Assembly: GCA_016926185.1 (NCBI GenBank)
Contig: JAFGPD010000010.1
Coordinates: 1,444-65,443 of the forward strand
Direction: 5' to 3'
Source: Candidatus Woesebacteria bacterium
GTDB lineage: Bacteria; Patescibacteriota; Microgenomatia; UBA8517
Length of the DNA stretch: 64,000 nt
A program made the translations under genes and the position numbers. This document shows, piece by piece, positions 1 to 8,356 of the stretch (position 1 is its first letter; each line of letters begins with the position of its first letter). Below the pieces are notes generated by a model that saw nothing but the letters and a program-made list of their open reading frames with translations, had not been told where the DNA came from and did not search any database.

Positions 1-79
1 ATCGGTACTGTTTTCACGGACTTCACCGCAAAGTACCAAAATTGTTGCGGCAGGGCAATTTTTGAGCATATAATAAACT

Positions 80-712
80 ATGGATGCAACCGAAAATACG
101 TCTGATGCTTCTGAGGATTTCAGTGTTGCCAAAAGCGAAAAAGCAAAAAGCCAGCCGCGTTTCCACGGAAAGTTTTTCAAAGCCGCATCACCATCCGATA
201 AGGGAAAGAAGGCCGATAAGCCCGGATTGGTCGTTAATTTTACTGAGAACAAAGCGAGTCCTACTTTGACCGGCGATGATGCGCCGCTTGTTGATGTTAA
301 GGTAACAAACCCCGTGACCTATCTGAAAAAGTGGTGGAAAAAGATCATCGGTAACGAAGGGATCATGTTGAAATTTTCCCTGAAAATAAAACCTCTCACG
401 GCTTTTCTTCTGGTTGCTTTTGTTGTGTCCGGCGGAATAACAATAAATCTTTTAAATAGACTCCGGGATAAAAGCTCTGTTGCCCAATATATTCCTGCTT
501 TCGGATATGCTGAGCCCGTCGAGCGTGCATTCAGCGGCCGGCTGGAATCGGACGGGAAAGGTAACTATTTCGTTATTACTGCAACTGAAGTGATAAGGGT
601 TCAGAGCAATTTGGATCTTGAGCCATTTATGGGTGAAAATGTTTTGGTTAGCGGTTCATATAGTGATGCTGTTAAAACATTGAGTGTAACCCGGATCAAA
701 AAATTATTATAA
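80..712 (+). CDS. Hypothetical membrane-anchored protein (one TM, small C-terminal beta domain)
   Basis: 210-aa ORF; hydrophobic segment LTAFLLVAFVVSGG; TATAAT at 69-74 just upstream of ATG. Confidence 0.7.
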   Translation: MDATENTSDASEDFSVAKSEKAKSQPRFHGKFFKAASPSDKGKKADKPGLVVNFTENKASPTLTGDDAPLVDVKVTNPVTYLKKWWKKIIGNEGIMLKFSLKIKPLTAFLLVAFVVSGGITINLLNRLRDKSSVAQYIPAFGYAEPVERAFSGRLESDGKGNYFVITATEVIRVQSNLDLEPFMGENVLVSGSYSDAVKTLSVTRIKKLL

Positions 713-785
713 ACACCTGCTGAGCGATTGATTAGATTAATTGTCTTCTGAATTATTAATATAATTAGATAATCTTAAAACTGAT

Positions 786-1016
786 ATGGCTAAAGTACAG
801 TTCTCGGGAAAAGCAATAAAGAAAATGGAAGATTCAAATCTTTCTGAGAAGAAAGTGTTGGATGCCTATAAGGGCGGTGATGAGCAAAAGTGGAGTAACG
901 GAAAAGGATTCAATTCAGTAAAGAAGTACCCGGGATATGAAATTGGTGTTGCTTATTTTAAAAATGATGAGGGAACTTCTATTATCACTTCAGTATGGAA
1001 AAGAAAAAGAAGATAA
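786..1016 (+). CDS. Small DUF4258-like (RelE/BrnT-like fold) protein
   Basis: 76 aa; C-terminus EIGVAYFKNDEGTSIITSVW resembles the 22532 protein (EKIEVVAKKDEDKWIIISVW). Confidence 0.5.
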   Translation: MAKVQFSGKAIKKMEDSNLSEKKVLDAYKGGDEQKWSNGKGFNSVKKYPGYEIGVAYFKNDEGTSIITSVWKRKRR

Positions 1017-1017
1017 T

Positions 1018-1046
1018 TTGACCCTATAATATATAAGAGGTAAAAT
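1018..1046 (+). promoter_or_regulatory. sigma70-type promoter TTGACC-N17-TAAAAT within the recurring cassette-junction motif
   Basis: TTGACC 1018-1023, TAAAAT 1041-1046, ATG at 1055; near-identical copy at 10738-10766. Confidence 0.7.
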
Positions 1047-1054
1047 ATAAAGCA

Positions 1055-1339
1055 ATGGGAGAAAGATATAACGGTTATCCTTTGCTTTTTACTGAGGATC
1101 CTGAACCAGAGATAGTCGAGCTAAACCAACGAGAGGATGAGGTTCTGTATGAGAGATTTGAAGGGAATGATGTCCTTAGCTGGAAAGTCGAAGGTGTTCA
1201 CCCTGGAAGAAATCCGTTGGTTTTGGGACGTTTTCATGATGAAGAAGGTAGATTTGATGGATATTATCATGTAAAAGTGCTTGATGGTAAACCAAAAGAA
1301 ATATTAGTATCTCCAGATAAAATGACTAAAAGGGAATAA
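1055..1339 (+). CDS. Hypothetical protein (ORFan)
   Basis: 94-aa ORF directly behind a consensus promoter. Confidence 0.6.
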   Translation: MGERYNGYPLLFTEDPEPEIVELNQREDEVLYERFEGNDVLSWKVEGVHPGRNPLVLGRFHDEEGRFDGYYHVKVLDGKPKEILVSPDKMTKRE

Positions 1340-1435
1340 ACTGTAACTTTTTAAATAAATTGCCTTCGGCTTCGCCTTCGTAATTTTTATATCTTTTACT
1401 ACTGTTTTCCATTTGTTTATTTTTTTAAACGCTGT

Positions 1436-1471
1436 TAATATTCTCACATTCTTGAGAAAGTGAGAATATTA
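1436..1471. promoter_or_regulatory. Long palindrome upstream of ArsR-type gene (probable operator)
   Basis: TAATATTCTCAC-ATTCTTGAGAAA-GTGAGAATATTA, perfect 12-bp arms. Confidence 0.65.
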
Positions 1472-1486
1472 GGATAAAGTGAATGT

Positions 1487-1753
1487 ATGAATACCAAACG
1501 ACTTCAAAAGATTGTAAAAGGTTTTTCGAATCATAGAAGAATTCAAATTATGGAACTTTTGGAAACTTATCCTGATTTATCTTTGTCTGACATTGCAAGC
1601 AGAACTAAGATTAATTTAAAAACAGCAGGTGAACACACAAGAAGACTTGATGCATCTGGTTTAATAGAAAAAAATTACAGGGGAAGAGATGTGATACATT
1701 CACTAACAATTTTAGGCAAGAACATTCTTACGTTCTTAAGAAAGTTAGAATGA
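1487..1753 (+). CDS. ArsR/SmtB-type winged-helix transcriptional regulator
   Basis: KGFSNHRRIQIMELL...LSLSDIA...TAGEHTRRLDASGLI...SLT pattern. Confidence 0.8.
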   Translation: MNTKRLQKIVKGFSNHRRIQIMELLETYPDLSLSDIASRTKINLKTAGEHTRRLDASGLIEKNYRGRDVIHSLTILGKNILTFLRKLE

Positions 1754-1762
1754 TTTGGAATC

Positions 1763-2139
1763 TCTGAATTTGACCCATTTTAAATATTGACGCTTTTTAT
1801 TTCACGCGGTTTAATGGAGACATGAGTGACACCAATAAATTGTTTCAAAAAATTGTGAATGGCCAGAGTGCCATGAAGCAAGCAATCCTAAAAGAAGTAA
1901 AAAAGGTAGATAGTAAACTGAGTGGCAGGATGGATACTCTTGAACAGAAACTTGGCAAACTTGATAAAAAAATTGATAAAGGATTCAAGGAAGTTAATAA
2001 CCGATTGGATAAGCAGGGAAAATCTTTAGCTTATCTGGAAGATGATGCTCCAACGGTTGAGGAATTTGATAAGCTGGAAGAAAGAGTTACCGAGATTGAG
2101 GATAAAGTGCTTCACGCTTGATTTGACATAAATTGCCTT
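1763..2139 (+). repeat. Duplicated unit copy 1 (promoter + coiled-coil gene + downstream motif)
   Basis: Aligns with 6135-6487 from TCTGAATT to CATAAATTGCCTT. Confidence 0.8.
1822..2121 (+). CDS. Small coiled-coil protein, paralog of 6191..6469
   Basis: Shares FQKIVNGQSAMKQ and LDKQGKSLAYLEDDAPTVEEFDKLE with the 6191 copy. Confidence 0.75.
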   Translation: MSDTNKLFQKIVNGQSAMKQAILKEVKKVDSKLSGRMDTLEQKLGKLDKKIDKGFKEVNNRLDKQGKSLAYLEDDAPTVEEFDKLEERVTEIEDKVLHA

Positions 2140-2152
2140 TGCACCCAATTTT

Positions 2153-3601
2153 TTAATGGGTAATTATATCTTTTAACACTTTATTGAGCTTATTTCCATC
2201 CCACAATTCAACATTATTTGAAGATGCCAATTGTCTTGCACTTTTGGTAAATTTAGAGGTTGTGATGACCATAGCTCTGTCACATTTATAATGCTTTGTT
2301 GCTGCAACAGCTTCTTGAATTGCCTTATTGGTAACTGGCTTAGAGTATCTTTTTGCTTGTACCGCGATTTTTTCTCCTCCCTTTTTTATGATCAGATCAG
2401 CACCCTGGTCACCCGAAACAGGTGTTTTTACTACCAAGTGTCCAAGTTTTTTGAATAAATCTTGTAAAAGATCTTCGAATTCAATACCACTCAGATCATT
2501 TATTTTTCTACTAGAAAATTGGTTGGCAGAGGAACTTTTTCCCATTTTTAGTTCATTCTCGAAATTTTCAATCTCTTTTTGTTCTTCTTTTCTTTTTATT
2601 AAATCAATGATCTCTTCTTCCGGCAGGTCTTCGGTAGTAATATCCAGCTCTATAAATAATCGATTTAAAGTATAAGAAAATACCTCGTTGAAGTCCGTTT
2701 CGTACTCTCTGAGTGTTGGTATGGTGTCTTGGGTTTTCATTGCCGATAAACATGCTACAAAAGAAGTAACTACATCGTCTTTGGTAATAACATAACTTTC
2801 TGGTTCGTTAGATTTAGACTGTTTTAAATGAATAAATGTTGCTTCCCTGAGAGATCTGAATAAAGCTTCTTTCTGCGGACCCAGATTTATTGCTCTCAAT
2901 TTCTTGTGTTTATTCAGAAGCAGATCAGTAAGTTCCTCGTAATTTAAGCTGATGTCATTCTTTTCAAATATTGCCAACAGTTTTGGATAATCACTAAATA
3001 TGGTCAGCATCGATTCGAGCATGTCTTTGAATTGGCTATCCGGAGAGTCTACTTCCGGAAAACTCTGTTCTATTTCGATAATTTTATTACTGATAGTCAT
3101 TTTTATATTATCAATATCATTTAACCTTATCGCATTGAGAATAAATGGTGCTTTAGGAATAATGGCAAGTGAGGCAAAGTGTGCATTCCCAACTCTTTCG
3201 ATAAAAGATTTAAGAAAGTCTGTTTCAAGTTTTGCGATCTTCTCTTCCAGTTGTGTTATACGCAGTTTTTTTTCTTGTTCATTCTTTTTTATTTCATTTT
3301 TGATCTTTTCATAATTTTCTAAAGCAGAACTTTCTGAATCTTCTATGGAGATCTCTATACCATATTCACTTAAGAGCCTTTGGTTTAAAAGCGTAAAGGT
3401 GGACAACAGATCTTCTTCGGATGTTTCTTGATCCACTTCATCAATTAGTGTACGTATCAAAGCAAGTGTGATTTCATCCTGGGTTATCTCATAAAGATCA
3501 AGACTGCTTAGCCGGCTTTCTACTTTCGGTTTGACAATGTCTAGTAAATTCTCAAGGTGTTCAAGTGCTTTTTGTATTGCCATATCACGTTGGTTTGACA
3601 T
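2153..3601 (-). CDS. Mrr-like restriction endonuclease domain protein with long helical N-terminus
   Basis: C-terminal LSGIEFEDLL..LF...G...TPVSGDQGADLI....IAVQAKRY...D.AMVITTSKFT..A (Mrr_cat pattern). Confidence 0.8.
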   Translation of the reverse strand: MSNQRDMAIQKALEHLENLLDIVKPKVESRLSSLDLYEITQDEITLALIRTLIDEVDQETSEEDLLSTFTLLNQRLLSEYGIEISIEDSESSALENYEKIKNEIKKNEQEKKLRITQLEEKIAKLETDFLKSFIERVGNAHFASLAIIPKAPFILNAIRLNDIDNIKMTISNKIIEIEQSFPEVDSPDSQFKDMLESMLTIFSDYPKLLAIFEKNDISLNYEELTDLLLNKHKKLRAINLGPQKEALFRSLREATFIHLKQSKSNEPESYVITKDDVVTSFVACLSAMKTQDTIPTLREYETDFNEVFSYTLNRLFIELDITTEDLPEEEIIDLIKRKEEQKEIENFENELKMGKSSSANQFSSRKINDLSGIEFEDLLQDLFKKLGHLVVKTPVSGDQGADLIIKKGGEKIAVQAKRYSKPVTNKAIQEAVAATKHYKCDRAMVITTSKFTKSARQLASSNNVELWDGNKLNKVLKDIITH

Positions 3602-3825
3602 TGCCTTATTTTAGCAAATAGGAGTAAATAAAAATGGAGAATCTTACGGTATATGATCAAAATAAATATTACTCGAAACCAACCTACACATTTGACCCTA
3701 TAGTGGATAAGGGTATATAATTTACCCATATTCATGGCAAAAAAGAACACTTCTGGTAGAGAGAATCTAGAGATATTTGCATAGATTGCAAAAGATGTTA
3801 GAAATATGTGAGAATACAGAAGAAA

Positions 3826-5562
3826 ATGGAAATTATTACAGATAAGAAAAAACTTGTTGATCTGGTAACAGGTGCAAGAAAAGGAAAAGTTGTTTTGCCT
3901 CAATTTCAAAGATCATTTGTCTGGTCTTATGTAGATGTTGTTGATTTATTGGTTTCAATTTTTAATGGTTATTATGTAGGAAGCTTTTTAACTTTGAAGT
4001 GTGACAGTGAGAATGTACCCTTTGACTTTCGTACTATCGAGGGAGTTAATAAACAAAATGAAGATCTTAATCCAGAGGTGATGATACTGGATGGACAACA
4101 AAGGATTACTACACTTCATTATGTATTGTATGCGCCGGAAGAAATTACACTAAAGTACGCGAAATATCCTTATAGATTTTTTCTGAAACTTGATAGTTTG
4201 GTTAATGGTGATTTTGATAATGCAATTTATGGTATTAGATCAGACCAGTCAGAGAAATATATGTCACCCGAGTGGCAGTTCGAGAATAAAACCATTCCAT
4301 TCACAACACTTCAGGACTTTCAATCTTGGGATTCTTGGCTTGATAGTTACCAAGATTGGCTGCGCTCAATAGATGAAGAACAGTACGAAAATTATGTTAC
4401 CGCAGAGAGAGCAGACTGGAAGCAATCAATAAATGTATTTTTCGACATGGTTATACCAATAATCGAGATACCGAAAGTCAAAAGTGATGACGAAGACGGC
4501 GTAGCGGAAGTGTGCGCTATCTTTGAAAAAATTAACACAAAAGGTGTGAAATTATCGGTATTTGATTTGCTTACTGCCCGTCTTTTTAAATACAAAATTG
4601 ACCTGCATAAGTTATGGGAGGAAACACTAGAAACTTATAATTTGATAGATGATTTTTCGGAGGGGGAAAGTAACCCATATGGTATTTTTATTTTGAGAAT
4701 TATAGCGCTCATTAGAGGAGTCGATGTTAAAAGTAAAAATCTGATAAATTTGAAGCCAAATAACTTTGAGAATGATTGGGCGAACGCGTCAAAATATTTA
4801 CACAAAGCACTAAAAAGATTGATATCAACTAACGACGACGGTTTCGGCGTTTTTGATAAAAAATGGATGCCATATCCACCACTTCTCCCTGTATTATCTT
4901 CAGTTTTGTACCTTATCGATAAAAATAATTATAATAATTCCGCCTATAAAGCAATTAAAAAGTGGTATTGGGGATCTGTATTTGGCGAGAGATATCAAAG
5001 CGCTGTTGAAAGCAAGACAACATCGGATTTTAGAGAGATATCTCGCTACCTATCTGGTGAAGAAGTAAGCATTAAACTGTTTACTGAAATAGATGCAAAT
5101 ATAACTCTTAACGAACTATATGAAGTGAAGAGTGTCAACAGGATCAATTCAATTTATAAAGGAGTGATGAACTTATTAGCAATTAACCAAGCAAGAGATT
5201 TCCTGTTGCATGATAGTATTGAATTTCATGAACTTGATGATCACCACATTTTCCCGAAAGCATATTTGGCCAAAATTAAAGATGAGGAAGATCAGGTAAA
5301 GTATAAAGATAATTTGATAAATACAATCGTGAATAAAACCCTGATAAGTTATAGTACAAATAGAAAAATAAGTAAAAAGAAACCATCCGATTATGTAAAG
5401 GATAATAATTTAATTGTTCAGGCTTCTGTTAAAAGTATTTTGAAACGTCACTTTATCAATCAGGAAGCGTACGAGGCTATGTGTATGAATGATTATGAAA
5501 AATTTGTTAATGAGAGGAGTAACGTGTTAGTTAAAAAGATTAAGTCGCTTCTCCAAATTTGA
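3826..5562 (+). CDS. DUF262 (GmrS-like) protein with C-terminal HNH/DUF1524-like region; GmrSD-type defence nuclease
   Basis: LPQFQRSFVW, ILDGQQRITT, IFEKINTKGVKL (DUF262 motifs); DDHHIFP...N downstream; ATG 3826 preferred over GTG 3808. Confidence 0.85.
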   Translation: MEIITDKKKLVDLVTGARKGKVVLPQFQRSFVWSYVDVVDLLVSIFNGYYVGSFLTLKCDSENVPFDFRTIEGVNKQNEDLNPEVMILDGQQRITTLHYVLYAPEEITLKYAKYPYRFFLKLDSLVNGDFDNAIYGIRSDQSEKYMSPEWQFENKTIPFTTLQDFQSWDSWLDSYQDWLRSIDEEQYENYVTAERADWKQSINVFFDMVIPIIEIPKVKSDDEDGVAEVCAIFEKINTKGVKLSVFDLLTARLFKYKIDLHKLWEETLETYNLIDDFSEGESNPYGIFILRIIALIRGVDVKSKNLINLKPNNFENDWANASKYLHKALKRLISTNDDGFGVFDKKWMPYPPLLPVLSSVLYLIDKNNYNNSAYKAIKKWYWGSVFGERYQSAVESKTTSDFREISRYLSGEEVSIKLFTEIDANITLNELYEVKSVNRINSIYKGVMNLLAINQARDFLLHDSIEFHELDDHHIFPKAYLAKIKDEEDQVKYKDNLINTIVNKTLISYSTNRKISKKKPSDYVKDNNLIVQASVKSILKRHFINQEAYEAMCMNDYEKFVNERSNVLVKKIKSLLQI

Positions 5563-5619
5563 TCCTTTACCTTTTCTTCTATTTAGTTTCTATTTTATGC
5601 ATGCTATTCTTAGCCACCG

Positions 5620-6102
5620 ATGCAGAGAGATTTGATCTACAAGATTGCAAAGAATGAATTTATATTAGGAGACGAGTCTTTGCATGGAGAAGAACACTGG
5701 AGTAGAGTGGAGAAAATTGGTATATATTTGTCTGAGTTGACCGGTGCGGATGTTGATGTGGTAAGGATATTCGCCTACTTACATGATTGTAAAAGAGAAA
5801 ACGAAATGGAGGATCCCGGGCACGGGGAAAGAGCTGCTGAACTAGTCAAGAAATTGTCCGCGGAAGGTGTTTTGCAGCTAGGTGAGAAGAGTCTGTCGGA
5901 ACTTATTTATGCTTGTTATCATCACAATAAAAAGAGTAAATCTTCTGAGAATATAAATATATTGACTTGTTGGGATAGTGACGCCTTAGATTTGTGGAGA
6001 ATTGATATTGTTCCCGACCCTAATTGGCTAAATACGAAAGAAGCCAGAAGCAGAAAATTAATTAGCTTTTCCTATAAATTATTTGAAAAGTATAAAAAGT
6101 AA
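5620..6102 (+). CDS. HD-domain protein
   Basis: HGEEHWSRV...AYLHDC...HG.RAA...HH...CWDSDALD. Confidence 0.8.
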   Translation: MQRDLIYKIAKNEFILGDESLHGEEHWSRVEKIGIYLSELTGADVDVVRIFAYLHDCKRENEMEDPGHGERAAELVKKLSAEGVLQLGEKSLSELIYACYHHNKKSKSSENINILTCWDSDALDLWRIDIVPDPNWLNTKEARSRKLISFSYKLFEKYKK

Positions 6103-6134
6103 GACCCTAATAGTAAGTATGATGTGTATTAACA

Positions 6135-6487
6135 TCTGAATTGACTCTTTATATATTGACGCTTTTTATTTCACGCGGTTTAATAAGGATATGGATGATG
6201 TAAAGAAAATGTTTCAAAAAATTGTGAATGGCCAGAGCGCCATGAAACAAGAGATACTTAAAGGAATTAAAAAAGTAGAGGATAAACTAACAAGCAGAAT
6301 AGACGGACTTGAAAAGAAAACTGAAAAAGGATTCAAAGAAGTTAATAGCCGTTTAGATAAACAAGGAAAATCCTTAGCTTATCTGGAGGATGATGCTCCA
6401 ACGGTTGAGGAATTTGATAAGCTGGAAAAAAGAGTTGCCAAGATTGAGCAAAAAGTGCTTCACGCTTGATTTAACATAAATTGCCTT
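6135..6487 (+). repeat. Duplicated unit copy 2
   Basis: Homologous to 1763-2139 including promoter TTGACGCTTTTTATTTCACGCGGTTTAAT. Confidence 0.8.
6191..6469 (+). CDS. Small coiled-coil protein, paralog of 1822..2121
   Basis: Near-identical C-terminal half to the 1822 protein. Confidence 0.75.
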   Translation: MDDVKKMFQKIVNGQSAMKQEILKGIKKVEDKLTSRIDGLEKKTEKGFKEVNSRLDKQGKSLAYLEDDAPTVEEFDKLEKRVAKIEQKVLHA

Positions 6488-6557
6488 CGGTGAAAATGGA
6501 TATAATTTGACCTTTTTAAATATTGACGCTTACTATTTCATGCGGTTTAATAGGGAT

Positions 6558-6767
6558 ATGGCAGATAAATTCCTCACTGAAGAAGATATAGATCTTTTGG
6601 AATCAAGACTAAAAGAAGTTTTTGTGACAAAAGAAGACTTCACGGAATATAAAAGTGAACTCTTTGGTAAGTTGGACGAAATAATCAAAAATACCCGTGA
6701 TACTAATGATGAAGTTGAACTTGTTGAAAATAGAATTACCACAATTGAGACAAAGTTAGCTTCATAA
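6558..6767 (+). CDS. Small coiled-coil protein (DUF1640/Bdr-like VTKED motif)
   Basis: Start at ATG 6558 behind the same promoter family as 1822/6191; VFVTKEDF motif. Confidence 0.6.
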   Translation: MADKFLTEEDIDLLESRLKEVFVTKEDFTEYKSELFGKLDEIIKNTRDTNDEVELVENRITTIETKLAS

Positions 6768-6814
6768 ATTTTCCCAATTTGACCCCATAATGTGTTGGAT
6801 GTAATATTGGGCTG

Positions 6815-7240
6815 ATGAGTACGAAAATAGCACTTCTTATGTCCACTAATGATTGGGAGAAGATGAATATTTATCTTAAGCACTTGTCGAAGAATCAAAG
6901 GGCAGCTTGGAGAAATAATCTTAAATATAGCAAGCGATTTCTTGAAAGTATCGGCTATCCAATCAATTTATATTTCTTTCACAGAAATATAGTTAAATTC
7001 AGAGCAAATTGCGTTGGAATTTTCCAAAAAAAAGACAGAATGTGGCTGGATGGCGAGATACCTGAAGAGTATAAGTCTTCTAAGACTGAGTTTACGACAG
7101 CGGTTTATTTCGATAAACTGAAAAGGGTTAAAGATACACATATAAGTGAGTTTCCAAAGTGGGATGACCCCTCGGAAAGTTTTGAAAGAGGACAGCAGGG
7201 ACTATTAAGAGTTGTAGATCTATTGGATATAGAAAATTGA
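6815..7240 (+). CDS. Hypothetical protein
   Basis: 141-aa ORF behind TTGACC-N17-TAATAT. Confidence 0.65.
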   Translation: MSTKIALLMSTNDWEKMNIYLKHLSKNQRAAWRNNLKYSKRFLESIGYPINLYFFHRNIVKFRANCVGIFQKKDRMWLDGEIPEEYKSSKTEFTTAVYFDKLKRVKDTHISEFPKWDDPSESFERGQQGLLRVVDLLDIEN

Positions 7241-7241
7241 A

Positions 7242-7529
7242 ATGAAAATCTTTGGTGGTTTATTAATAATATTTGGTTCTGTTTGGACTTTATGGCGATT
7301 GCTGAAACAACCCGAGATGTTTAGGATCACTAGGCAAAACAAAAAAGATAAAGGTAAATTGTCAGGAATCATCACCTATATTTTTTCAGAAACTTTTGGG
7401 TTATGGCCTAGTTTATTGATCATTTATTTTGGATTGAAAATGACAATTCCCGGGATCTTGCCGATTTTTACTAAAGCCGTATATGCACTTATTTTTGCTT
7501 TACTTCTTTTGTTTTTCGGTTTAATATGA
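7242..7529 (+). CDS. Small membrane protein
   Basis: Three hydrophobic segments; starts 1 nt after the previous stop. Confidence 0.6.
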   Translation: MKIFGGLLIIFGSVWTLWRLLKQPEMFRITRQNKKDKGKLSGIITYIFSETFGLWPSLLIIYFGLKMTIPGILPIFTKAVYALIFALLLLFFGLI

Positions 7530-7555
7530 ACAACTGAATTAACTTTCCTTCCAAT

Positions 7556-7584
7556 TTGACCCCATAGTCTTATCTAAGTATAAT
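7556..7584 (+). promoter_or_regulatory. sigma70-type promoter TTGACC-N17-TATAAT
   Basis: TTGACC 7556-7561, TATAAT 7579-7584, ATG 7595. Confidence 0.75.
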
Positions 7585-7594
7585 ATCCTATATT

Positions 7595-8260
7595 ATGGAA
7601 AGATTGCACGGGGTTGAAGTGCTAAGAAATTATTCTTTCAAAGATACCTCATTACCTTATGAGATAGCTTTGGATAAATTATCTTTAAGAACACAGGCTG
7701 CAGTCGGAAAAAATATTGATGATCTGAGGGCTAAGCAAGATTATAATTCCCATCGAAAGAAAGCTCTTAGAGAATTGGATCAGTTGGAACAAATATTTGA
7801 AATAGATACAATACGCGGCGGTTTCTCTTTTAATGAGGATGAACTTAATGAAGTTTATGAGAGTATGGGTCACTTATCATATTCTGAGATCGTCAGAGGG
7901 TTCGGAGATGATATTCTTCCAAGGTTTTTTGGAGGAGTCTTGTCTGAACGTACGCCGGGAGCCACAATATCGGGATACTTGCTGGATATTACTCAAATTG
8001 TTAACCCGGATGTTGTCTCATACGAAGATAGTATAAGGGAAATGGCGAATTCTCTAAGAGGTACCAAAACTAACCCGTTTATGTTAGGTATCTGTTTTGA
8101 TGATGCAATAAATTTGAGAGGAACAGCCACCTTACCTCATGAATTTTTTATGGATAGTGAAGAAGCGAAAAGATTTGTGCAGGTATATCGCAATTCAATT
8201 AATCCTATGGAAAGAAAAGAATTTAAACAGGGATTAGATTTAAAAATAGTTGCATTGTAA
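7595..8260 (+). CDS. Hypothetical protein (ORFan)
   Basis: 221-aa ORF with its own promoter. Confidence 0.65.
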   Translation: MERLHGVEVLRNYSFKDTSLPYEIALDKLSLRTQAAVGKNIDDLRAKQDYNSHRKKALRELDQLEQIFEIDTIRGGFSFNEDELNEVYESMGHLSYSEIVRGFGDDILPRFFGGVLSERTPGATISGYLLDITQIVNPDVVSYEDSIREMANSLRGTKTNPFMLGICFDDAINLRGTATLPHEFFMDSEEAKRFVQVYRNSINPMERKEFKQGLDLKIVAL

Positions 8261-8356
8261 TAAAAAGACTTACACATCCAGATTATTGAAATAAATTGTC
8301 TTCGAGTTCCTGACTTTTTAATTTGACCACTGTATCTAAAGTGTGACAAGATATAG

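Noticed and set aside
2231-3909. Overlapping alternative-frame ORFs (2231, 2328, 3000, 3541) and similar shadow ORFs throughout the window
   Set aside because: They are antisense or off-frame to well-supported genes, have Phe/Ser/Ile-biased composition and show no motifs.
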